From positions 1 to 27,323 of the forward strand of contig JALSRF010000503.1 of assembly GCA_026984895.1 (NCBI GenBank): 27,323 bases of DNA. The letters run 5' to 3'. This DNA comes from Paracoccaceae bacterium (GTDB lineage: Bacteria; Pseudomonadota; Alphaproteobacteria; Rhodobacterales; Rhodobacteraceae). The position numbers and the translations under genes are program-made. This document shows positions 18,378 to 26,190 of this stretch, in pieces (positions within the stretch are counted from its first letter, which is position 1; each line of letters begins with the position of its first letter). The notes beneath the pieces are model-generated. The model did no database searches and was not told the origin of the DNA. It worked only from the letters and a program-made list of their open reading frames with translations.

Positions 18378-20222
18378 ATGCGTAAAATTCTGATCGGGTT
18401 GTATTTCTTGTTCGCAACCGTTGCCGCCGACATGGCCGCCGCACAGCAACAGGTCTGGATACAGATCAAGGCCGAGCGAACGCTTGCCCGTGCCCGGGAG
18501 GCGGCGCGCGACTTTGCGACGCGGGTGCAGCCGGTCAGCGGGTTTGCCCTGCGCAACGGCTGGTTCGCGGTGGCGCTCGGGCCGTTTGGCCCGAACGAAG
18601 CGCAGGACACGCTGCAACAGTTGCGCATCACCCGGCAGATCCCGACAGACAGCTATATCACCGACGGCGCCGGATTTGGCGCGCGCTTCTGGCCGATCGG
18701 CGCCGGTCAGATGGAAAGCGGGCAGATCGGGACCGCCGCCGCCCGGAACGAAACGCCGGCCCCCGAAACCACGCCGCCGGGGGCCGCCGGCACGGGAGAC
18801 GCCGGCACGGGGGGCGATACCGTCTCTGCCGCCTCGCCTGCCGGTGCCTCGCCTGCCAGTGCCTCGCCTGCCGCAGCCGACGAAACCCCTGCACAGGCCC
18901 GGCAGTCCGAGCGCCTTCTCAGCCGCGCAGAGCGCGAGCTTGTCCAGACGGCGCTGAAAGCCGAGGGACTTTATGGCGCGGCGATCGACGGCGCCATCGG
19001 CCCGGGCACGCGCCGCTCCATGGCCGCCTGGCAATCCCGGGAAGGGTTCGAACCCACCGGCGTTCTGACCAGCGGCCAGCGCCAGATCCTGCTGGATCGC
19101 TACCGGGCACTGCGCGATTCGCTGGGCATTGCCGAGGTGGTGGACGATGTTGCCGGCATTCGGATCGACCTGCCGCTTGGCCTGGTTGCATTCGACCGCT
19201 ACGATCCGCCTTTCGCGAAATATGCCGGCAAGACCGGGATACCGCTTGTCCTTCTGATCAGCCAGACCGGCGACCGCGCCAGCCTGCGCGCGCTCTACGA
19301 TGTCATGCAGACCCTGGACGTGGTGCCGCTTTCCGGCAAGCGCAGCCTGAAAAAGACCAGTTTCACCCTGACCGGCGAAGACGACCGGATCACCTCCTAT
19401 ACCTATGCCGCGCTTTCAGGGAACGCGATCAAGGGCTTTACCCTGGTCTGGCCGCGCAACGACGCGAAACGGCGCAAACTGGTGCTTGCCGCGATGCGCG
19501 ACAGTTTCAGGACCATCGGCGGGCAGACCATGCCCGATGTCGTCGGCGACAGCGCCGAAAACCAGTCGATCGACCTGCTGGCCGGGCTGGCCATTCGCCG
19601 GCCCCGCGTCACGCGCTCGGGCTTTTTCGTGTCCGAAACCGGGGCGGTGCTGACCAGCGCCACGGCGGTGCGCTCCTGCAAGCGGGTGACGATCGGCGAC
19701 GACACCCCGGCGCGCATCGCGGCCGTGAACGACAGGCTCGGGCTGGCTCTTGTGCTGCCGGAAAAACCGCTGGCACCGCTGGAAAGCGCCGCGCTGCGCA
19801 GCACGCCCGAACGGCTTGGCACCGAGGTATCGGTTTCCGGCTATTCCTACGGCGGGCGGCTCGGGGCGCCGACGCTGACCTATGGCCGGCTTGCCGAACT
19901 GCGCGGCCTGAATGGCGAGGACGACCTGGAAAGGCTGACGCTGGAAACGACGCAGGCCGATGCCGGCGGGCCGGTGCTGGACCCGTCGGGGGCGGTTGTC
20001 GGGGTGTTGCTGGACAACCAGGAGCAACCGGCCCGGCGGCTGCCCGAAAGCGTCCGTTTTGCCGCGCGGGCCCGGGCCGTCGCACGTTTCCTGGACGAAA
20101 ACGGGATCGCCACGCGCACGCAGGGCGATGGCGCCGCGGCGCTGAGCCCGGAGGACCTGGCGACCCGGGCCGAATCCATGACCGTTCTGGTCAGCTGCTG
20201 GGACCGGGCCGCGGCCCCGTGA
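18378..20222 (+). CDS. Exported protein: SPOR-like region, peptidoglycan-binding domain and trypsin-like domain (probably inactive), 614 aa
   Basis: Signal peptide; PG-binding signature VQTAL..GLY.AAIDG.IGPGTR.SM..WQ...G...TG.L; C-terminal SGFFVS..G.VLT and GGPV.D..G.VVGV trypsin-fold motifs. Confidence 0.85.
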   Translation: MRKILIGLYFLFATVAADMAAAQQQVWIQIKAERTLARAREAARDFATRVQPVSGFALRNGWFAVALGPFGPNEAQDTLQQLRITRQIPTDSYITDGAGFGARFWPIGAGQMESGQIGTAAARNETPAPETTPPGAAGTGDAGTGGDTVSAASPAGASPASASPAAADETPAQARQSERLLSRAERELVQTALKAEGLYGAAIDGAIGPGTRRSMAAWQSREGFEPTGVLTSGQRQILLDRYRALRDSLGIAEVVDDVAGIRIDLPLGLVAFDRYDPPFAKYAGKTGIPLVLLISQTGDRASLRALYDVMQTLDVVPLSGKRSLKKTSFTLTGEDDRITSYTYAALSGNAIKGFTLVWPRNDAKRRKLVLAAMRDSFRTIGGQTMPDVVGDSAENQSIDLLAGLAIRRPRVTRSGFFVSETGAVLTSATAVRSCKRVTIGDDTPARIAAVNDRLGLALVLPEKPLAPLESAALRSTPERLGTEVSVSGYSYGGRLGAPTLTYGRLAELRGLNGEDDLERLTLETTQADAGGPVLDPSGAVVGVLLDNQEQPARRLPESVRFAARARAVARFLDENGIATRTQGDGAAALSPEDLATRAESMTVLVSCWDRAAAP

Positions 20223-20272
20223 ACCGGCTTGCGGTGCCGTGCCTGTCGCTGAGCGGCGCGGGCCGGGGCGTG

Positions 20273-20308
20273 TCGCATCCATGTGTTTTCGCATCCATGT
20301 GTTTTCGC
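20273..20308. repeat. 16-bp tandem duplication
   Basis: TCGCATCCATGTGTTT twice, plus TCGC. Confidence 0.9.
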
Positions 20309-20462
20309 GGCAAACGTCGCGGCGCCGGTTTTTCGCATGTCCGGTCCAAGGGACGCGCTCCGCCGGCTGCCGGCTTCGGGCGCCATTTGGCTTCGGGCGC
20401 CGTGCCTGGGGCCTTTTGCAGCTGACCCGGGCCGGCGCGCCACCCGACACAGCGCCGATGCC

Positions 20463-20492
20463 GGCGGCCCGGGCGGGGGCGGCCCGGGCGGG
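20463..20492. repeat. 15-bp perfect tandem duplication
   Basis: GGCGGCCCGGGCGGG twice. Confidence 0.85.
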
Positions 20493-20605
20493 CGCAAGAA
20501 GGCCCCGCCTGCGCACCCCGGGCAAGGCAGGCCTGCCCCGGGGTCAGGCCCCATCAAACCCGTTAACCCGTCAAGCTGCGCGCGTCTGATTGACGGGGCC
20601 TGGCC

Positions 20606-21709
20606 CTAGCCGACGTGAAACAGCGTGTTGAACAGCTTGGGGTCCAGGCTTTCGTTGGCGAAGGTGTCGCCTTCGGTCAGAACCGATACCGCATCGTGAC
20701 TGTGCAGGCTTTCCTGATGGCTGGCGATGATGCGAAAATCGCCGATCCGCGCATCGCCCTGCAGCGCCTGTGAAAACAGCCGGGCCGCGTCTTCGACGAA
20801 AATCGGGTTGGCGGCGTTCAGTTCGGCAAAGGCCTGTTCGTCCTCGCGCTTGACCATCACCTGGGTTTCGGTGGGCACGACCGTGCGGCAATGGTCGATC
20901 AGGTCCTCGAACCACAGACACGGCCCGTCGCAGTTCATCACCACCGAGATACGCGCCACCGAGCGCTGCGAATGCGGCGTGGCCAGTTGCCCGCGCTGCT
21001 GGCGGGCATGTTCGCTGAGTTCCAGAGAGCACGGGCAGGTCGAGGAATAGACATAGTCGAGGTGGATGATCTTCTTGCGCACGCCGCCGGTTTCCACCAG
21101 TTCCAGCGCGATGTCGTAATACTGGAACCCCGACAGGCCCGAGCGCAGCGACGCCACGCGCATCGGGAAGGAAAACCGCATCTGGATACGCGCATCGAAA
21201 CTGTCCAGGTCGTTCTTGTAGGCGTCAAGAGCGGTCTCGATCACGTCGAAGGAAAAGGTCTTTTCGGCATAACGGTAGAACGACCGCATGATCCGCGACA
21301 TGTTGATGCCCTTCTTGCCGGCGTCCAGGCTGACCGTGCCGGTGACCGAGGTTTCCAGCGTCAGATCGTCGCCGTCGCGGGTGTGAAAGCGGATCGGCAG
21401 GCGAAAGTTGGAAATGCCCACATGTTCGATATGGCGTTTCGCCCCCTTGATCAGGCTTTCGGGGCCGTTCTGAAGATCGGGAAGCGAGGCAAGATAGGCC
21501 GCATCCACCTGGAATTCTTCGGGGTAGGCGCGCATCAACGCCGGGTAATTGCCCAGTTCGTGCCCCGGCAGGAGCCGGGCAATGGACGGGTGCAGATCGG
21601 CGATTTCGGTTGGCGTCGCATTCGCCGCCCAGGCCTTCAGCGTTTCGAGCGCGGCTTCGGCCGCGGCGCGTTCGGGTGCCGGGCCGGTCTTGCCGGACTG
21701 GATATTCAT
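20606..21709 (-). CDS. folE2: GTP cyclohydrolase I type IB with N-terminal extension, 367 aa
   Basis: LPDLQ, VGISNFRLP, KGINMSR, YSSTCPCS, HSQRS, FVEDAAR, ESLHSHDA. Start at ATG 21709. Confidence 0.95.
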   Translation of the reverse strand: MNIQSGKTGPAPERAAAEAALETLKAWAANATPTEIADLHPSIARLLPGHELGNYPALMRAYPEEFQVDAAYLASLPDLQNGPESLIKGAKRHIEHVGISNFRLPIRFHTRDGDDLTLETSVTGTVSLDAGKKGINMSRIMRSFYRYAEKTFSFDVIETALDAYKNDLDSFDARIQMRFSFPMRVASLRSGLSGFQYYDIALELVETGGVRKKIIHLDYVYSSTCPCSLELSEHARQQRGQLATPHSQRSVARISVVMNCDGPCLWFEDLIDHCRTVVPTETQVMVKREDEQAFAELNAANPIFVEDAARLFSQALQGDARIGDFRIIASHQESLHSHDAVSVLTEGDTFANESLDPKLFNTLFHVG

Positions 21710-21803
21710 CGGGTTCCCCCCTGATACTGTTCGCGGCTCCAACCTAATGGCTTTGGCGCCGGATTCCAAATCCCGCGCCGCAACCTGCGACCAGATGCGC
21801 ACC

Positions 21804-22985
21804 TTACGCGGCGCCAAGCGCCTGCAGGATATCGGCGGTCAGATCGGCGCCATCCTCAAGCCCGACCGAAACGCGCACCAGCCCCGGCGTGATCCCGAGG
21901 CGCGCCTTCTGGTCGTCGCTCAGGCGCTGGTGGGTGGTGGTCGCCGGATGGGTGACGAGGCTTTTCGCATCGGCGAAATTATTGGTAATCGTGAATATTT
22001 CCAATGCGTTGAGGAAACGGAACGCCGCCTCCTTGCCGCCCTTCAGGTCAATCGCCAGCACGGTGCCGCCGGCCTCCATCTGGCGCCGGGCCAATTCGTG
22101 CTGCGGGTGGCTCGGATGGTGCGGATACAGCATCCGGGCCAGCTTTTCGTGGCCGGCCAGCGCCTCGGCCAGCGCGGTTGCCGTGGCGGTCTGGGCGCGC
22201 ACCCGCAAATCCAGCGTTTCCAGCGATTTCAGCATCACCCAGGCGTTGAACGGGCTGAGCGCGCCGCCGGTGTGCTTGGCGTAGGGCTCGATCAATTCGC
22301 GGATCAGCGCGCGGCTGCCCAGCACCACGCCGCCCAGGCAGCGGCCCTGCCCGTCCACATGCTTGGTGGTGGAATAGACCACCAGATCGGCGCCGCAGCG
22401 CAGCGCGTAGGAATAAAGCGGCGTGGCAAAGGCGTTGTCGACGATCACCCGCGCACCCACCGCATGCGCCAGCTCGCTTACCGCGGCCAGGTCGATGACC
22501 TCCAGCGTCGGGTTGGAGATGGATTCGAGAAACACCGCCGCCGTTTCGGGCCGGATCGCCGCCTTCCAGGCCGCAAGGTCGGTGCCATCGACGAAATCCA
22601 CCGCCACCCCGAAACGTCCGAGCACCGTGCCCAGGATGTATTCGCAAGACCCGAACAGCGCGCGCGCGGCCACCACATGATCACCCGCCTTGAGCAGCGC
22701 CATCAGCGCCACGGTCACCGCCGCCATGCCCGATGCGGTGGCAAAGGCGTCCTCGGCCCCTTCGAGCGCCGCGATACGGTCCTCGAACATGCGCACCGTC
22801 GGGTTGCCGTAGCGGGCATAGATGAATTCGTCCGGGCCGGCCTCGATGAAGCGCGCCTCGGCCGCTTCGGCGCTGTCGTAGACGAACCCCTGGGTGAGGA
22901 AGATCGCCTCGCTCACCTCGCCATACTGGCTGCGCCGGGTGCCGGCATGCACCGTTTTCGTGCGTTTTTTCCATCTGTTGCCCAT
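21804..22985 (-). CDS. metZ: O-succinylhomoserine sulfhydrylase, 393 aa
   Basis: YARYGNPT, ATASGMAA, ESISNP, DNAFATP, PLP-Lys YSTTKHVDGQGR, HPATTTH, RVSVGLED. AGGAG RBS at 22994-22998 on the minus strand. Confidence 0.95.
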   Translation of the reverse strand: MGNRWKKRTKTVHAGTRRSQYGEVSEAIFLTQGFVYDSAEAAEARFIEAGPDEFIYARYGNPTVRMFEDRIAALEGAEDAFATASGMAAVTVALMALLKAGDHVVAARALFGSCEYILGTVLGRFGVAVDFVDGTDLAAWKAAIRPETAAVFLESISNPTLEVIDLAAVSELAHAVGARVIVDNAFATPLYSYALRCGADLVVYSTTKHVDGQGRCLGGVVLGSRALIRELIEPYAKHTGGALSPFNAWVMLKSLETLDLRVRAQTATATALAEALAGHEKLARMLYPHHPSHPQHELARRQMEAGGTVLAIDLKGGKEAAFRFLNALEIFTITNNFADAKSLVTHPATTTHQRLSDDQKARLGITPGLVRVSVGLEDGADLTADILQALGAA

Positions 22986-23007
22986 TGCCGCGCCTCCTTC
23001 GCGCATG

Positions 23008-23044
23008 AAAAAACCCCCGGGCCACAAGAGCGTCGGGGGCGTTT
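23008..23044 (-). terminator. Intrinsic terminator in the metZ leader (riboswitch expression platform)
   Basis: Minus strand CCCCCG-N14-CGGGGG followed by TTTTTT, about 22 nt upstream of the metZ start. Confidence 0.8.
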
Positions 23045-23049
23045 CCCTG

Positions 23050-23106
23050 ACCTCTTTAGCGGTGATGTTTAACGTGGCCCGCAATCCGGTGAACAAATCG
23101 CCACGA
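23050..23106 (-). ncRNA. SAM-II (SAM_alpha) riboswitch aptamer upstream of metZ
   Basis: Minus strand CGTGGCGATTTG...CCGGATTGCGGGCCACGTTAAACATCACCGCTAAAG matches the alphaproteobacterial SAM-II pattern as I recall it (CGTGG/CCACG stem, GATTT, TTGC, terminal GCTAAAG). It sits upstream of a methionine biosynthesis gene. Confidence 0.88.
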
Positions 23107-23237
23107 TGCCCCGCGATAGCGCGATTGCGCCCCGGGGTCAACGCCCGGGGACAATACGGACGACAGTGCGGCTGACGGTGCCCGTGCATGGTTTCGGGGT
23201 TGAGTCTTCCGCGCGATCGGCCGAAGCTGGCGCCAAG

Positions 23238-23273
23238 GACACCGACACCGACACCGACAACGACAACGACACC
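23238..23273. repeat. Hexamer array, 6 x GACAMC
   Basis: GACACC x3, GACAAC x2, GACACC x1, ending 24 nt before the GST start. Confidence 0.9.
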
Positions 23274-23297
23274 AGGGAAATGCCCGGAGGCCCGCCC

Positions 23298-24008
23298 ATG
23301 ACAAAGCCGATCACCCTTTACTACTGGCCCACGCCCAACGGGCAGAAGATCTCGATCGCGCTGGAAGAGATGGGCCTCGCCTACGAGGTCGAATACGTGA
23401 ACATCGGCGCCGGCGACCAGTTCAAGGCGGACTTCCTGAAGATTTCGCCCAACAACCGCATGCCCGCGATCATCGACCCGGACGGGCCGGACGGCGCGCC
23501 GATCCCGGTGTTCGAAAGCGGCGCGATCCTGCAATACCTGGCGCGCAAGACCGGCCGGTTCACCGGCAAGAGCGAGCGCCAGCGCGTGGCGGTCGAGGAA
23601 TGGCTGATGTGGCAGATGGGCGGGCTGGGGCCGATGGCCGGACAGGCGCACCATTTCCTGGTCTACGCGCCGGCCATGGACCCGCCCCATGACCTGCCCT
23701 ACGCCAAGGCGCGCTACCGCAACGAGGTCGCCCGGCTGTACCGGGTGCTGAACGACAGGCTGGCCGAAAACGAATTCGTCGCCGGCGACTTCTATTCCAT
23801 CGCCGACATCGCGATCTGGCCCTGGGCGAAGGGCTGGAAGCGCCAGGAACAGACGCTGGACGACAAGCCGCACATGAAACGCTGGCTGGAACAGATCGCC
23901 GCGCGCCCGGCGGTCGTGCGGGGCGCCGCGCTGGGGGCCGAGCGCCGCGGCAACCTGCAGGACGACCGGAAGGCGCAGGCGGTGCTGTTCGGCAAACCGC
24001 CGAAATGA
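23298..24008 (+). CDS. Glutathione S-transferase, YfcG/YghU-like, 236 aa
   Basis: LYYWPTPNGQK, ISPNNRMPAI, FESGAILQYLA, YSIADIAIWPW. GGAGG RBS at 23286-23290 supports ATG 23298. Confidence 0.93.
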   Translation: MTKPITLYYWPTPNGQKISIALEEMGLAYEVEYVNIGAGDQFKADFLKISPNNRMPAIIDPDGPDGAPIPVFESGAILQYLARKTGRFTGKSERQRVAVEEWLMWQMGGLGPMAGQAHHFLVYAPAMDPPHDLPYAKARYRNEVARLYRVLNDRLAENEFVAGDFYSIADIAIWPWAKGWKRQEQTLDDKPHMKRWLEQIAARPAVVRGAALGAERRGNLQDDRKAQAVLFGKPPK

Positions 24009-24047
24009 CGGCTGAAGGCTGGGGGCTGACGGCTGGCGGTTGAAGGT
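24006..24047. repeat. Heptamer array, 6 x TGRNGGY, starting at the GST stop codon
   Basis: TGACGGC TGAAGGC TGGGGGC TGACGGC TGGCGGT TGAAGGT. Confidence 0.8.
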
Positions 24048-24064
24048 GGCCCGGGCGCGGGGGC

Positions 24065-24673
24065 TCAGTCCTTTTCTTCGTTTTCGTCCTGCCCGTATCT
24101 TGCCAGCAACCCGGCCTGGCTCATGAAGAACAGGAACACCGCCGCGCTCAGACCGAAGGTCTTGAAATTCACCCAGACATCGGTCGAGAAATTTCGCCAG
24201 ATCGCCTCGTTCAGGATCGCGAGCGCGAAGAAGAAAACCGTGATGCGCCGGGTCAGGATGTTCCAGCCCTCGGGCCTGAGGGGCATGACCTCGCCCATCA
24301 TGTATTCAAGGTAGGATTTCCCGCGCAGCAGCCCCAGCCCCAGCGCGCCACCGAACAGCAGGTAGATCATGGTCGGTTTCATCTTGAAGAAACGTTCGTC
24401 GTTGAACCAGATGGTGAGAGAGCCGAAGATCACCACCAGCACGAGCGTGGCGATCTGCATGCGCGCCACCTTGCCGGTCAGCCGCCAAAGCGCAAAGGTC
24501 GAAAGCGCGATCAGCGGGATGAAGATCGCGGTCACGACAACGAAGCCGGAATATTCGGTCCCGCCGATCGTGAAACTGTGGTCGCGCAGGCGGAAATAGA
24601 GCACGAAAAACGCGATCACCGGACCGATATCCAGCGCAAGTTTCAGGAAGGGGTTGATCTTTTTCGCCGACAT
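24065..24673 (-). CDS. yciB: Inner membrane-spanning protein YciB (IspZ / septation protein A), 202 aa
   Basis: FNDERFFKMKPT, W..LT.R...FF..LAILNE.IWR, WVNFKTFG. Confidence 0.93.
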   Translation of the reverse strand: MSAKKINPFLKLALDIGPVIAFFVLYFRLRDHSFTIGGTEYSGFVVVTAIFIPLIALSTFALWRLTGKVARMQIATLVLVVIFGSLTIWFNDERFFKMKPTMIYLLFGGALGLGLLRGKSYLEYMMGEVMPLRPEGWNILTRRITVFFFALAILNEAIWRNFSTDVWVNFKTFGLSAAVFLFFMSQAGLLARYGQDENEEKD

Positions 24674-24687
24674 GCCCGTTTCTTTCC

Positions 24688-25590
24688 TCAGCTGCCTGTC
24701 TCTACTATCACGGCGCCCAGCGCAATCAACGCGATAAGCGCAAGGCGCACGAGGCCCACGTGCTCTTTCAGCACCAGCCAGCCGATCAGCGCGGCAAAGA
24801 CCACGCTGGTTTCGCGCAATACCGCGGCCTCGCCCACCTTGTCGAGCCGGGTCGCCAGCATGATCGCGCCGAAGCTTGCCAGCGCAACGACCCCGCCCAG
24901 CAGGCCGCGCGCCATCAGCGCGCCCGGTGCCGGACGCGGCGCCATGTTGCGGTATCGCACCGCGGCGATGACCGGCATCGCGATCCCGTCAAGCAGGAAG
25001 AACCACGCCAGGAAGGTGAACGGATCGCCGGTCGACCGGATGCCATAGGCATCCCATGTGGTATAGGCGGCAACCAGCACGCCCGTGGCAACGGCCAGGC
25101 CAAGGGCGGCGCCCATGGTCTCGCGCCCGGGCGTCAGCGCGCGCAGGTTGCACGACGCAAGGCCGAGAATCCCGCCCACCAGCAGCCCCACCCCGAGCCA
25201 TTGCTGCAACGAAAACGACTCGCCGAACAGCAGCCCGGCGCCAAGCACGGTAAAGACCGGGCTTGAGCCGCGCACCACCGGGTAGACCACCGTATAGGCC
25301 CCGCGGACATAGGCCATCGCCTGGGCGATCTTGTAGGTGGTATGAATCGCGAAGGCCGCCGCCAGGATCGGCCACAGCCCCGCTTCGGGCCAGGGCACGA
25401 CGAACAGGGCGAAAGGCGCCGCGATCAGCCCGTAGCTTGCGTCCATCGCGCCCCGGCTCAGCCAGGGATCGTGGCGCCCCTTCTGCAGCGCCCCGAAAAA
25501 GGCGTGCAGCACGGCCGCGGCCAGCGCCAGCGCCAGCGCCAGCACATGCCCGGCGTCGGTGCCCTCGATGCCGGTCAGCCAGGCGCTCAT
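24688..25590 (-). CDS. EamA/DMT-family transporter, 300 aa
   Basis: About 10 hydrophobic segments, YTVVYPVVRG, AAVLRETSVVFAALIGWLVLKE. Confidence 0.9.
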   Translation of the reverse strand: MSAWLTGIEGTDAGHVLALALALAAAVLHAFFGALQKGRHDPWLSRGAMDASYGLIAAPFALFVVPWPEAGLWPILAAAFAIHTTYKIAQAMAYVRGAYTVVYPVVRGSSPVFTVLGAGLLFGESFSLQQWLGVGLLVGGILGLASCNLRALTPGRETMGAALGLAVATGVLVAAYTTWDAYGIRSTGDPFTFLAWFFLLDGIAMPVIAAVRYRNMAPRPAPGALMARGLLGGVVALASFGAIMLATRLDKVGEAAVLRETSVVFAALIGWLVLKEHVGLVRLALIALIALGAVIVETGS

Positions 25591-25659
25591 GGCGCGCCCT
25601 CTCGACAGGGCCGCGGTGCACAGCTAGGCTCGGGCGCGCAAGCACCCGGAGCGCGCCGC

Positions 25660-26166
25660 ATGTCTGACGTCCTGATTGCCGAGCTTGGCCGCTCGACCGA
25701 CCCGCTGCAGTTCGCGGTCCTGGTCCTGCGCATCCTGGCGGCGATGGTTCTGGGCGGCACCATCGGCTGGGAGCGGCACCTGCACAACAAGCCCGCCGGC
25801 ATGCGCACCCACATGATGATTTCGCTGGCGGCCTGCGTTTTCACGCTGGTTGCGCTCGGGATGATCGCCACCGACTGGGGGGGCGATGCCGGCCGGGTCA
25901 GGTTCGATCCGCTGCGCCTTGTCGTTGCGGTCACATCGGGCGTGGCCTTTCTGGCGGCGGGCACCATCATCAACGCGCGCGGCCATGTCCACGGGTTGAC
26001 GACGGGGGCCGGCATGTGGCTGGCCGGTGCGCTGGGCATGGCCTGCGGGGCCGGGCAGATTCCGCTGGCCGCGCTGGCAACGGTCATGGCGCTGCTGGTG
26101 CTGTGGGTGCTGCGCCGGATCGAGCGCGACATCCCCGATCCGCCGGCCGACGACGAACCGCACTGA
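25660..26166 (+). CDS. MgtC/SapB-family membrane protein, short form, 168 aa
   Basis: LGGTIGWER, KPAGMRTH, DPLRL..AVTSGVAFLAAG, GLTTGAGMW..GALGMACG. Start at ATG 25660. Confidence 0.9.
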   Translation: MSDVLIAELGRSTDPLQFAVLVLRILAAMVLGGTIGWERHLHNKPAGMRTHMMISLAACVFTLVALGMIATDWGGDAGRVRFDPLRLVVAVTSGVAFLAAGTIINARGHVHGLTTGAGMWLAGALGMACGAGQIPLAALATVMALLVLWVLRRIERDIPDPPADDEPH

Positions 26167-26190
26167 ACCGGCGCGCGCCAGCCCGGGCGG

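Noticed and set aside
20553-20574. TCAAACCCGTTAAC as a CtrA box
   Set aside because: Spacing does not fit TTAA-N7-TTAA, and it lies between convergent gene ends.
21710-21817. Longer FolE2 start at TTG 21817 overlapping metZ
   Set aside because: No RBS, and it would overlap the metZ end by 14 nt; ATG 21709 is more plausible.
22986-23297. N-terminal fusion of metZ (ORF 21804..23873) or of GST (ORF 23106..24008)
   Set aside because: The extra sequence is the riboswitch, terminator, hexamer repeat and GST antisense; both genes have good RBS-ATG pairs at 22985 and 23298.
25520-25543. (GCCAGC)4 in the EamA gene
   Set aside because: Encodes LALALALA in a TM helix; ordinary coding periodicity.
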